Position numbers and translations under genes: made by a program. A model generated the notes under the pieces. It was given only the letters and a program-made list of their open reading frames with translations, did no database searches and was not told the origin of the DNA. A stretch of DNA of 64,000 bases. Origin: Arcobacteraceae bacterium (GTDB lineage Bacteria > Campylobacterota > Campylobacteria > Campylobacterales > Arcobacteraceae). The stretch is from assembly GCA_965224485.1 (NCBI GenBank), contig CBDCZH010000015.1, positions 416,001-480,000 of the forward strand. Reading direction: 5' to 3'. Of this stretch, positions 18,709 to 29,750 are shown piece after piece (positions within the stretch are counted from its first letter, which is position 1; each line of letters begins with the position of its first letter).

Positions 18709-20108
18709 TGAGTATTTTTCTTTATGATTCAGTAAAAAAGCAAAAAGTAGAATTTATACCCATTAAAAAAAATGAGGTAAAAATTTACGTTTGTGGGCCT
18801 ACGGTGTATGATGATTCACACCTAGGTCACGCAAGATCTGCTATTGCTTTTGATATGTTACATAGAGTTTTAAAACAAAACTCTTATTTAGTAACAATGA
18901 GCAAAAACTTTACTGACATTGATGATAAGATTATAAAAAAAATGTACGAAACTTCAAGTACTTTAGAAGAACTTACAAATAAATATATACACAAATACAA
19001 AGCTGATATGCAATCTTTAAATGTACTTCCTAATAATCTTGAACCAAAAGCTACTAATAATCTTGAAGAAATGAAAGATATGATAAATGATTTATTAGAA
19101 AAAGACATAGCTTATAGAATTTCAAATGGGGTATATTTTGATACTTCAAAAGATAAAGAATATGGAAGTTTATCTCATAAAATAAATGATGAAAATGCCC
19201 AAGCTAGAGTTGAAGCAAATAAAGAAAAAAGAAATCAAGCTGATTTTGTATTATGGAAATTTCAGAAAAAAGATGATGTAGTTTTTGAAGCTAATTTTGG
19301 AAATGGAAGACCAGGTTGGCATATAGAATGCTCAGCTATGATTGATAAACATTTAGCTTATAAAGATGAAGATTATCAAATAGACATTCATGGTGGTGGG
19401 GCTGATTTACTCTTTCCTCACCATGAAAATGAAGCTGCTCAAACTAGATGTTCAAAAAAACAGCATTTAGCTAAATATTGGATGCATAACGCTTTTGTAA
19501 ATATTAATGGTGAAAAAATGAGTAAATCTTTAGGAAACTCTTTTTTCCTAAAAGATATACTAAAGTCCTATTCAGGTGAAGTAGTTAGGTTTTATTTATT
19601 AACAGCTCATTATAGAACTAATTTTAACTTCAATGAAGAAGATTTAATTTCTTCTAAAAAAAGATTAGACAAATTTTATAGACTTAAAAAAAGAGTTTAT
19701 AATAATGCAAGCTCACAAGAAAATAAAGAATTCAAAAACAAAATGTTAGAAGCTTTAAATGATGATATCAATACACCAAAAGCATTTGCTTTAATTGATG
19801 AGTTAATATCAAATGCAAATGATAAACTTGATGCTAATCCTAAAGATAAAAACTTCAAAAAAGAACTTACTTCTAATATGACTTTTATTAATGATATTTT
19901 AGGAATAGGACAAAATGATGCTTATTCATATTTTCAATTTGGAATTAATGAAGAAACAAAAGAAAAGATTACTTCGCTATTAGAAAAAAGAACTTTAGCT
20001 AAAAAAGAGAAGAACTTTGAACTATCGGATAAGATTAGAGATGAATTAAAACATATGAATATCTCGATTATGGACACACCAAGCGGTGTAGTTTGGGAAA
20101 AACTTTAA
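18708..20108 (+). CDS. cysS: Cysteine--tRNA ligase
   Basis: YVCGPTVY, HLGH, GRPGWHIECSAM, FPHHENE, KMSKS. Confidence 0.97.
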   Translation: MSIFLYDSVKKQKVEFIPIKKNEVKIYVCGPTVYDDSHLGHARSAIAFDMLHRVLKQNSYLVTMSKNFTDIDDKIIKKMYETSSTLEELTNKYIHKYKADMQSLNVLPNNLEPKATNNLEEMKDMINDLLEKDIAYRISNGVYFDTSKDKEYGSLSHKINDENAQARVEANKEKRNQADFVLWKFQKKDDVVFEANFGNGRPGWHIECSAMIDKHLAYKDEDYQIDIHGGGADLLFPHHENEAAQTRCSKKQHLAKYWMHNAFVNINGEKMSKSLGNSFFLKDILKSYSGEVVRFYLLTAHYRTNFNFNEEDLISSKKRLDKFYRLKKRVYNNASSQENKEFKNKMLEALNDDINTPKAFALIDELISNANDKLDANPKDKNFKKELTSNMTFINDILGIGQNDAYSYFQFGINEETKEKITSLLEKRTLAKKEKNFELSDKIRDELKHMNISIMDTPSGVVWEKL

Positions 20109-20134
20109 ATAAAGTAGAACTTACTACTTTATTT
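20107..20134. terminator. Bidirectional intrinsic terminator
   Basis: AAATAAAGTAG-aactta-CTACTTTATTT between convergent cysS and the MFS gene. Confidence 0.7.
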
Positions 20135-20140
20135 CTTTTT

Positions 20141-21371
20141 CTAATTTTTATAGCTCTTATATATGTTTTTATAAGTTACAAATGTTATTACTACTATTAG
20201 AGCTAAACTTACAAAAACAATAAAAAATGATTTTGAAGAACTTAAATTTAAAATACTAGCTAAATAACTTGCACCCATTGATGATATAGTAAAATTAATT
20301 GCTGAGAATAAACCAGAAGCTTGACCCGCATTAACTTTAAAATCTTTTAGGGCATAAGCAGGACAAGCACTAACAAAAACAGTACAAGCAAGGGCATTTA
20401 TAGCCATAGGAGCTATAAATGTTAACCAAGTATCATATGAGCTTAAAAGAAGACCAAGACTGCCTCCAAGGAAATAACAAAGCACTGCAAAAGTAAGTAT
20501 TTTTTTAATTCCAAATTTTTCTACAAATATTGGAACAATAAAACTTCCTATCATAAATATAAAAGCAATTGACATAAAAATATATCCAAAATAAATTTTA
20601 GACAGATGTAGATGTCCTATTAAATATAAAGGAGATACTGTTATATAAAACATAATTCCTAAAAACCCAATAATAGAGAAAAAAAGATAAATAATGAAGT
20701 TTTGATTTTTTAATATATTCACATATGATTCAAAAAAATTTTCTTTATGCAAAACTTTATCTTTTTTAGTTTTAACTAGAGTTTCACTTGTTAAAATAAA
20801 AGTCCATAAAATACTAAAAAGTCCTACAAAGGTAAATACTAAAAAAAGATATTGCCAAGAATTGTTTTGTAATAATAAAGCGCCTATTAATGGAGCAGAA
20901 ATGGGAATAATTGCTAAAAAAACCATTTAAATAACTATATGCACGAGTCAGTTTATTTCCATCAAAAGTATCTCTGATTATGGCAAAAACTGCTGTAAAA
21001 CAAGCACTTCCCCCTAAGCTTTGTAGACTTCTATATAATAAAAACAGATCTGCATCATCACTTTTTACATAAGAAATTAAAAAGGAAAATATTGTAAAAA
21101 ATATTAGTCCTAATAAGGCAACTTTTCTTCGTCCGATAATATCTGCAAGCTTTCCCCAAATTAATTGTCCAAGTCCCCAAAATAATAAGTATAAAGAAAT
21201 AGCAAATTTTTCTATATCATTATTTCCAAAATATAACTGAATATCTTTTAGCGCTGGTAAAAACAAATCAACACCAAGAGGTAATAATGTAAATAATGGT
21301 AAGCTAAACAAAAGTGTAAAAAAAATAGATTCACTGCTTTTGTGTTTTAATATTTTATGTATATGTTTCAT
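20141..21371 (-). pseudogene. Bcr/CflA (DHA1) MFS efflux transporter, frameshifted
   Basis: Two overlapping ORFs (20814-21371 and 20141-20926) form one MFS (DLFLPAL, GKLADIIGRR, IRDTF, APLIG). Frame change at a T7 run (A7 on + strand, 20916-20922). Confidence 0.85.
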
Positions 21372-21436
21372 TGATTTCCAAGTAGTTTTATAAAGTATAG
21401 TGTATAACTATGCAACGAAGCCTAGATTTTTAAATT

Positions 21437-21472
21437 AAAAAAGGGAAAGAACCTAAGTTCTTCCCCTTTTTT
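21437..21472 (-). terminator. Intrinsic terminator after rpsR
   Basis: Minus strand GGGGAAGAAC-ttag-GTTCTTTCCC followed by T6. Confidence 0.8.
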
Positions 21473-21489
21473 ATATAAACTAACTAGTT

Positions 21490-21750
21490 CTAGTATTTAG
21501 AGTAAGCAGCTTCTGTAACATTTTGAGTATTAACAATATATGGAACTAATGCCATATGTCTAGCTCTTTTGATTGCAGTTTCTACCATCTCTTGAGAATT
21601 CTTAGAGTTACCTGTAAGTCTTCGAGGCATAATTTTTCCTCTTTCACTCATAGACATTCTTAATAAATCAATGTTTTTGTAATCAATAAATCCAATTTTC
21701 ATTGCAGAATATTTACAATATTTCTTTCCGTATTTTCTTCTTTCAGCCAT
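21490..21750 (-). CDS. rpsR: 30S ribosomal protein S18
   Basis: [34 protein letters not shown]. Confidence 0.97.
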   Translation of the reverse strand: MAERRKYGKKYCKYSAMKIGFIDYKNIDLLRMSMSERGKIMPRRLTGNSKNSQEMVETAIKRARHMALVPYIVNTQNVTEAAYSKY

Positions 21751-21767
21751 CTTATTTTCCTTAAACC

Positions 21768-22262
21768 CTAAAAAGGTATTTCATCTTCATCAATGTTGAT
21801 TTCAGGTATTTTTTGCTCAACTCTTTGAGTTGGTGCTTGCATACCACCTTGATTAGCAGAATAATTATTATTTTGGTTAGCAGAATAACTTTGTCCAGAT
21901 GGATTCGGGTTATCTTGTGCCAAAGCAGCAGAATCACTTTTTGAATCTAACATTTTCATAGTCTCCACTCTTAAAGAGTGTTTACTTCTGTTAGTTCCAT
22001 CTTGTGCTACCCATTGCTCTAATATTAATCTACCTTCTAATAAAACTTTTGAACCTTTTCGCAAGTATTGGTTTGCAACTTCAGCTGATCTTCCAAACAT
22101 ATTAAAATCTAAAAAACAAACTTCGTCTTTTTGCTCACCAGTAGCACTTTTATACTTATAAGATGTAGCAATTGCACTTTTAGCTACTGCTGCACCAGAT
22201 GGCAAATATTTTAATTCAATATCTCTAGTTAAATTTCCTAGCATCATTACTTTATTATACAT
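21768..22262 (-). CDS. ssb: Single-stranded DNA-binding protein
   Basis: [26 protein letters not shown], acidic DEDEIPF tail. Confidence 0.97.
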   Translation of the reverse strand: MYNKVMMLGNLTRDIELKYLPSGAAVAKSAIATSYKYKSATGEQKDEVCFLDFNMFGRSAEVANQYLRKGSKVLLEGRLILEQWVAQDGTNRSKHSLRVETMKMLDSKSDSAALAQDNPNPSGQSYSANQNNNYSANQGGMQAPTQRVEQKIPEINIDEDEIPF

Positions 22263-22285
22263 ATTAGGTTCCTAAATTATATTAA

Positions 22286-22645
22286 TTACTTAGCTGCAGT
22301 TTTTTTAGCAGCGTCATCACTCATTTTTGTCCATGCAGCGATATCTTTTTTGCTTTCATATTTAATGAAAATGAATCTAATGATATTTTCATTGATTCTA
22401 TAATTTCGCTCAATTTCTAAAATAGCAGAAGTTGGTGCTTTGAAAAATGTAAGGTAATAATGACCTCTTTTGTGCTTTTCAATTTCATAAGCTAATTGCT
22501 TAGAACCCATGTCATCACTAGCAACAATCTCACCACCATTTTTTTCAATAATTGATTTTACTAAATCAATTTGAGCTACAGTTTCTTCATCAGTTAATGT
22601 AGGTTTAACGATAAACATTGTTTCATAATGTCTAATTTTTGTCAT
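22286..22645 (-). CDS. rpsF: 30S ribosomal protein S6
   Basis: [18 protein letters not shown]; rpsF-ssb-rpsR order. Confidence 0.97.
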   Translation of the reverse strand: MTKIRHYETMFIVKPTLTDEETVAQIDLVKSIIEKNGGEIVASDDMGSKQLAYEIEKHKRGHYYLTFFKAPTSAILEIERNYRINENIIRFIFIKYESKKDIAAWTKMSDDAAKKTAAK

Positions 22646-22650
22646 ATAAT

Positions 22651-22693
22651 CTCCTTATAGATTTCGCCAAGTGTTAAAAAACATTCAGCAAGG
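22651..22693 (-). promoter_or_regulatory. Candidate rpsF leader hairpin occluding the RBS
   Basis: CCUUG can pair with UAAGG of the SD; inner stem GCUGAAUGUU/AACACUUGGC. Confidence 0.4.
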
Positions 22694-22714
22694 TTTTGAT
22701 TAAAGTTTGTGATT

Positions 22715-23701
22715 TTATCTAAGTATAACTTTGAACTTTCTTAGACAAGCTTGCAGGTAAACATTGTTATCTGACATTTTAGAAGATTTTAATTCTAATT
22801 CTAAATCATTTAAAAAAAGTAATAGTTCTAAAAATTTATCTTGTTTAATAGAAATAGCCAATCTAGCTTTTCTCTCCCACACAGCTTTTGGAGGAGAAAA
22901 ACCTAAAATTTCTTTAGCATTTGCATGACCATTTAGTTTTGAATATGAAGATATCATAAAAAGCTGTTGTACAAAAGAAGTTATTTGAGTCAATAAAAAG
23001 ATTTCATTAACTCCTTCTTCTAATAAATAATACAAATCATTTGAAATATCATTTGCTTCTAATAAATTATGAAAAAAATCTTCTAAAGAAACACTTCCTA
23101 TTCCAAAACAGTGTTTATCTATAACTTTTGTACAAATTGGCTCATCTAAAATAGAGAGTTTTTGTAAATCATTTACAGCTAGGCTTAAATCATTTCTGTG
23201 CATAAAATATAAATGGTTTAAAGCAGAAAGGTCACAATCAATTTTTAATTTATTTGCTTCTTTTTCCAAAATTTTTGTAGCTTCTTGTGCAAAAGGAGCA
23301 AACATTCTTATGCTTACAGCATTATTTTTAGGGTTAAAATATCCACCCATTGTTTTAAATTCGACATCACTCATACAAGCAAAAATTATTGTAGAATCTT
23401 GGTTTGTTTCACAAGCTTGTATCAATGCAGAAACTTCTTTTTTTAAAAGTTTTTTAGCTAATTTTATTAATATAACATTATTTGAAGAAAATAAAGAAGA
23501 CTGCAATAGTTTATCTTGCACATATTTAAAATCATAATCATCAAAATATATTTTTTCAATATCATCTTTTGAACCACTAATACTAGCTATATAAGAGGCA
23601 TACTTTTCTACTAAAAAAGTACTTTGTCCATAAAACATATAAGCATTAAACTTTTTCTTTTGTTTTAATAAGTTATCAAATTCATTTTTATACATACGCA
23701 A
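22715..23701 (-). CDS. holA: DNA polymerase III delta subunit
   Basis: AYMFYG, SSLFSS, NDLQKL pattern; position upstream of rpsF. Confidence 0.85.
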   Translation of the reverse strand: MRMYKNEFDNLLKQKKKFNAYMFYGQSTFLVEKYASYIASISGSKDDIEKIYFDDYDFKYVQDKLLQSSLFSSNNVILIKLAKKLLKKEVSALIQACETNQDSTIIFACMSDVEFKTMGGYFNPKNNAVSIRMFAPFAQEATKILEKEANKLKIDCDLSALNHLYFMHRNDLSLAVNDLQKLSILDEPICTKVIDKHCFGIGSVSLEDFFHNLLEANDISNDLYYLLEEGVNEIFLLTQITSFVQQLFMISSYSKLNGHANAKEILGFSPPKAVWERKARLAISIKQDKFLELLLFLNDLELELKSSKMSDNNVYLQACLRKFKVILR

Positions 23702-23761
23702 TAATATCCTATCTTAAGTAAGCTTTTTATAAAATCATTAATAGATATAAAAAGGGAAACT

Positions 23762-24130
23762 ATGTATGAAGTAAAAGAAGCTATTTTAGGTTTTGAAAAA
23801 TACTCTAAAGTAAAAATAGAAAAATCAAGTGATTTTTTGTCAACTATTATTTTTGATGAAGAGGAGTTTTTAAGTATTCATATAACCAATGCAAAGTATT
23901 TAAAAAATATTACTTTTGATTTAAGTGCTGAAATGATTGAAAGTTTACATATAAAAGACTCAGACTCTTTTGATATATATTTTACCATGCTGATACAAGA
24001 CCCCATAAATCAATCTGTTTTAAATTTAGGAGCTCCTATACTTATAAATGAAAAATTAAAACTTATAGCTCAATTTGTTACAAGTGATAATTTTTCTTGT
24101 AAAACAATAGAAGAACTTAGTGTTTTATAG
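23762..24130 (+). CDS. fliW: Flagellar assembly factor FliW (CsrA antagonist)
   Basis: YEVKEAILGFE, SVLNLGAPILIN, AQFV; divergent member of the family. Confidence 0.8.
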   Translation: MYEVKEAILGFEKYSKVKIEKSSDFLSTIIFDEEEFLSIHITNAKYLKNITFDLSAEMIESLHIKDSDSFDIYFTMLIQDPINQSVLNLGAPILINEKLKLIAQFVTSDNFSCKTIEELSVL

Positions 24131-25973
24131 AAGCTTCTATTCTTTTAGTAATAATATCTGAACTTTTAATTATAACTTTGATTTTTAAAAATAATTTCTG
24201 CCCTGTAAAGTTATCAATAAATACTCTTAAATTAGGCATAACATCGCAAAATTTAGCAATACCACGTTCAGCATCCACAATTTGAGCTTTAAACTCTTCT
24301 CCAATATGATTTTGTGCCCAACGAGCATATTTTCTTGCTTCTAAATCCCAAACTAATAAATTGACTTTTCTCTCTTGAACTGAAATATGCTCACAAATAT
24401 CAACAATTAAACTAGGAATTTGTTTTGTTTTTAACATTCTGTGTAAAACTAAATCCGAATATCTTCTTATTGGAGAAGTAAAATGAGAATATGATTTAAA
24501 ACCTAAACCAAAATGTCCAAGATTCTTAGATGAATATTTAGCCTGTGTTTGAGCTTGAATAATAAGTTCATCAACTTCAGCTAAAAGTGAAGTATTTCTA
24601 GCTTTTTCTTGAATTTTTTGAATTGTATCATGTACAGAATTTCCAACTTTTACTTTTAGACCTAAAATATTTACATCATCAACAAGTTTTGAAATATTAG
24701 AAAAAGATGGTTCTTCATGAATTCTATATATTCCTAAGGTATTTATTTTTTTACTAGCTTCAATATTTGCTAAAAGCATACACTCTTCAACTAAAGCATG
24801 TGAAGCAGTTGAAGACTCAACTACAATGCTTTGCAATTCCAAGTTTTTATCTAATACCTGTCTATATTCATTTGTTCTAAAATCATATCCCGTTTTTAAT
24901 CTCTTAAATCTAATATTTTTACTTATTTCATATAAAGGTTTGATATATTCAAATATTTCTTCTTCTATACTTGAGCTTGCTTTTATTTTATCTTCTAAAA
25001 ACAAATCAATTGTTTCATAAGCGAATTTTTTATGTGAATTGATTAAAGCTTCAAAATTCTGTGATTTTCGCACAGAGTTATTTTTATCTAAAAATATTTT
25101 GAACACATACGCATATCTATTCACCCCTTCTTTTAAAGAACATAACTCTTCACTTAGAGAAGAAGGTAACATTGGAAGTACTTTTTGTGGTAAATAAATC
25201 GATGTTGATTTAGTAAAGGCTTCTTTATCTAAAGAACTCCCCTCTTTTACAAAAAATGAAACATCAGCAATAGCTACATATATTATATGTTCTTTTTTGT
25301 CATAATAAATTGCATCATCATGATCTTTTGCACTAGAAGGATCAATTGTACAAAAAGGTAGATGTGTTAAATCAACTCTTTTGTTAGTATCATTCATTAA
25401 AGCAGTTTCTTCATCACTCTTATTTAGTCTATTTTGTTCATTATATAAATACAAAGATATTATTTCATCTACTTTAGGATCTAAAAAATTTCCTATAACT
25501 TTTAAAACTTCAAAACTTTTTGAAGAAATTAGTAAAATATCTCCATCTTTATACTCTGCAAATGATTTGGTAGTCTTATCTAAAGTAATACTCTCTTTAA
25601 TTGTAAAAAGTTTTTTTTCTTTTACATATACTAAAAGTTCACTCTCAGAACTTTGTATTACTTTAAGAACTTTGGCTTTTATTTTTGATTTTGGATTAAA
25701 AACCCTTTTGGCAATAACTAAATCACCATCATAAGCTCCATTTAAATACTCAAAATCTAACTTAATATTTTTAAATTCATTTTGTAAGTCAAGTAAATGA
25801 GCAAACTTATTTTCAAGTTTTACAAAACCTACTTTGTACAAGCTGTTTAATGTAAAACTATTATCTTTTTTTGTAACTATTTCATCTTTAATAAAACCTT
25901 CTAAAATATCTAGCTCTTTTTTATTAAAGTCTTGATTTTTCCCATTTAGTTTTTTAAATATTGTTTCTAACAA
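24117..25973 (-). CDS. rnr: Ribonuclease R / RNB family exoribonuclease
   Basis: TIDPSSAKDHDDA, VAIADVS, HFGLGF..YSHFTSPIRRYSDL. Confidence 0.92.
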   Translation of the reverse strand: MLETIFKKLNGKNQDFNKKELDILEGFIKDEIVTKKDNSFTLNSLYKVGFVKLENKFAHLLDLQNEFKNIKLDFEYLNGAYDGDLVIAKRVFNPKSKIKAKVLKVIQSSESELLVYVKEKKLFTIKESITLDKTTKSFAEYKDGDILLISSKSFEVLKVIGNFLDPKVDEIISLYLYNEQNRLNKSDEETALMNDTNKRVDLTHLPFCTIDPSSAKDHDDAIYYDKKEHIIYVAIADVSFFVKEGSSLDKEAFTKSTSIYLPQKVLPMLPSSLSEELCSLKEGVNRYAYVFKIFLDKNNSVRKSQNFEALINSHKKFAYETIDLFLEDKIKASSSIEEEIFEYIKPLYEISKNIRFKRLKTGYDFRTNEYRQVLDKNLELQSIVVESSTASHALVEECMLLANIEASKKINTLGIYRIHEEPSFSNISKLVDDVNILGLKVKVGNSVHDTIQKIQEKARNTSLLAEVDELIIQAQTQAKYSSKNLGHFGLGFKSYSHFTSPIRRYSDLVLHRMLKTKQIPSLIVDICEHISVQERKVNLLVWDLEARKYARWAQNHIGEEFKAQIVDAERGIAKFCDVMPNLRVFIDNFTGQKLFLKIKVIIKSSDIITKRIEASIKH

Positions 25974-26098
25974 TTTATTTCCTATTTTTTATATACTTGT
26001 ATTTTATCCAAAAAATAATAATAAATCTGTATTATCCATACATAATAGTTACATATTCTTAGAATATTTAATTGTTTTTTATAAAGCTTTAGGTATAA

Positions 26099-27148
<1,050 letters not shown>

Positions 27149-27151
27149 TAT

Positions 27152-27178
27152 AAAGTAAGGGATTTACCCTTACTTTTT
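27152..27178 (+). terminator. Intrinsic terminator after ilvC
   Basis: AAAGTAAGGG-attta-CCCTTACTTT followed by TT. Confidence 0.8.
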
Positions 27179-27190
27179 ATGTAAACATAT

Positions 27191-28330
27191 ATGAAAAAAA
27201 ACAAAAGAAAAACTCCCAAAAAAACTAATAAAAAACTATCTAATATAAAACTAGTGAACATAGTTTTAGCTCTTACAGTTCTAACGTTAAGCATAACTAT
27301 TTTTGCATATTATGTAATTCTAAAAAATAATTCAAATAAGTCTTCAAGTATTATAAATGAAGTAATTGTAAATGAAATAAGCAAAGAAGAACTTTTACTG
27401 GACAAGTATAGACAACAAAGAAAGAAAAAATATTTTGATAGATATTTAAGGCAAGATCAATATGAAGAATATACCCAAGAATTAAGTAAAGAATATATCC
27501 CAAATGAAGATAGTATAAAAATTATACCACCCTTTTTATTTAAAAAAGAAAAAACAATAAGTAAGAAAAGTCTTATTAAGAATAATATTAATGATAAAAA
27601 AAATAATAATAATATTAATATTAATAAAGAAATCAAAAAAGAAAAAGAACTAATAAATAATAAATTTACTAAAAATACAAAAGCAAACTTATTTATCATA
27701 ATTGATGATATAACAAGACAGAGCCAAATTGATAAAATTAATAATATTGGTTATGATATTACCATGTCATTTATGCCTCCAACTCCAAGACATAAAAACT
27801 CAGCAATTATTGCTCAAAATATTGATTCAGCGATGATACATCTTCCTTTAGAAGCACAAAGTTTTAAGTTTGAAGAAGAAAACACCTTACATATTGGTGA
27901 TTCTTATGAAAAAATTGAAAAAAGAATAAAATTATTAAGATCTTTATATCCAAATGTACTATATACAAATAACCATACAGGAAGTAAGTTTACTTCAAAT
28001 AAAGTTTCTATGAATAGATTATTAAAAGCATTAAAAAAATATGACTTTATTTTTGTTGATAGTAGAACTACAGCACAAAGTGTAGTTAAAGAATACACAA
28101 AAAAACATAACATGCCATATATTGTAAGAAATATTTTTCTTGATAATGAAAAGAACTTTACTTACATACAAAACCAATTAAAAAAAGCAATAAAAATTGC
28201 AAAAAAAAGAGGCTATGCAATTGCAATAGGACACCCTTATTCTATTACAATGGAAGTATTAAATAAATCTAAAAATCTTTTTAAAGATGTTAATTTATTG
28301 CACATTAATAATATAAAAATTACAAAATAA
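27191..28330 (+). CDS. Divergent polysaccharide deacetylase (YibQ family)
   Basis: TM anchor, Asn/Lys-rich linker, IIIDD, MIHLPLE, NNHTGS, FVDSRT, RNIFLD, AIAIGHP. Confidence 0.9.
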   Translation: MKKNKRKTPKKTNKKLSNIKLVNIVLALTVLTLSITIFAYYVILKNNSNKSSSIINEVIVNEISKEELLLDKYRQQRKKKYFDRYLRQDQYEEYTQELSKEYIPNEDSIKIIPPFLFKKEKTISKKSLIKNNINDKKNNNNININKEIKKEKELINNKFTKNTKANLFIIIDDITRQSQIDKINNIGYDITMSFMPPTPRHKNSAIIAQNIDSAMIHLPLEAQSFKFEEENTLHIGDSYEKIEKRIKLLRSLYPNVLYTNNHTGSKFTSNKVSMNRLLKALKKYDFIFVDSRTTAQSVVKEYTKKHNMPYIVRNIFLDNEKNFTYIQNQLKKAIKIAKKRGYAIAIGHPYSITMEVLNKSKNLFKDVNLLHINNIKITK

Positions 28331-28391
28331 TAATAATCCCCCTAATAATAACAGTAAGTTATGATAAAATAATATAATTAAAAGGTTAACA

Positions 28392-29705
28392 ATGGAAAAA
28401 AAATTCTTTTTTTTTATAATATTTTTTACTTTAAGTATTATGGGATTAATGTTTTTTTATATACTTGAGTCAAAAGTATCTTATACCCAAATATCAAAAA
28501 AGATGTTATTTCAAGAAGCTTTAACTCAATATAAATCAATGCTAATTACTAGGCAGTGGAATTCTAATCATAATTCAGTTTATGTAAAACAACATGATGG
28601 TTTACAAGTAAATCCATATTTAAAACAAAACCACTTAATAACAAAAAACAATGAACTATTAATAAGAATTAACCCAGCTTGGATGACAAGACAAATTTCT
28701 GAACTTTTAAATAAAAATAGTGATTATATGTATAAAATAACTAGCTTACAACCAATAAATCCAAATAATGCTCCTGATAATTTTGAAAGAATAGCCTTAA
28801 ATTATTTTGAAAAAAATAAAGATACAAAGTATTTTACAAAATTTTCAGATAATAAGTTTAATTTTATGGGTGCACTAAAAGTAAAACCTTCTTGTCTTTC
28901 ATGTCATGCGGAACAAGGTTATAAAGTTGGTGATATAAGGGGAGGATTAAGAATATCGATTCCTCTTGATGCTTATAATGTAAATATTAGTCAAATTAAA
29001 CATAGAACTAATAATCTATATTTAGTATCAGTTCTTGCAACTTTAATTTTTCTTACTGTTTTAATATATACTTTTAAAGCAATTTATAATAAACAAAGAA
29101 CAATAAAAATTTTAAATAATAAGCTTGAACACAAAATCAAACAAAGAACTAAAGAGTTAGAAGATAAAACGAAAGAACTTTTAAAATCAAATAAAAAACT
29201 TCTAAAAATTTCAACAAGTGACTTTCTGACAAAATTACCAAATAGACGATATTTCTTTGAATTTGCAAGTAAGTCATTTGCCTCTATAAGTAGAAATGCT
29301 AATAAACTATCGCTAATAGTTATTGATATTGATTATTTTAAAAAGATAAATGATACTTACGGCCATCAAGTTGGGGATTTAGCCCTAATTCATATCTCAA
29401 ATATTATAAAAAACTCTATTAGAGAATCTGATGCTTGCGCAAGAATAGGTGGAGAAGAGTTTGCAATTTTACTTAATAATACTAATATTTATAATGCTTT
29501 TATATTCGCAGAAAAGTTAAGAAAAAATATAAAAACAAATTCTTTTATATCAAATAATAGTGAAATTAAAATAACTATTAGTCTTGGTATCCAAGAGTAT
29601 AAAAAAGAATACAAATCCATACATGAGATACTAAATCATGCAGATAAAGCCTTGTATCAAGCAAAAAATACGGGAAGAGACAAAACAGTACTATTTAAAG
29701 ATTAA
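28392..29705 (+). CDS. Diguanylate cyclase with periplasmic c-type heme (DUF3365/Tll0287-like) sensor
   Basis: TM; RINPAWMTRQ; ITSLQPINPNNAPD; CLSCH; GDIRGG; second TM; RESD I-site; IGGEEF. Confidence 0.88.
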   Translation: MEKKFFFFIIFFTLSIMGLMFFYILESKVSYTQISKKMLFQEALTQYKSMLITRQWNSNHNSVYVKQHDGLQVNPYLKQNHLITKNNELLIRINPAWMTRQISELLNKNSDYMYKITSLQPINPNNAPDNFERIALNYFEKNKDTKYFTKFSDNKFNFMGALKVKPSCLSCHAEQGYKVGDIRGGLRISIPLDAYNVNISQIKHRTNNLYLVSVLATLIFLTVLIYTFKAIYNKQRTIKILNNKLEHKIKQRTKELEDKTKELLKSNKKLLKISTSDFLTKLPNRRYFFEFASKSFASISRNANKLSLIVIDIDYFKKINDTYGHQVGDLALIHISNIIKNSIRESDACARIGGEEFAILLNNTNIYNAFIFAEKLRKNIKTNSFISNNSEIKITISLGIQEYKKEYKSIHEILNHADKALYQAKNTGRDKTVLFKD

Positions 29706-29750
29706 AGATTTAAATAAGCATACAATCAAGAATATTTTTAAAGGTAATTT

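Noticed and set aside
27560..27680. AAT-rich low-complexity stretch
   Set aside because: In-frame Asn/Lys-rich linker of the deacetylase; no exact repeat unit or frame disruption.
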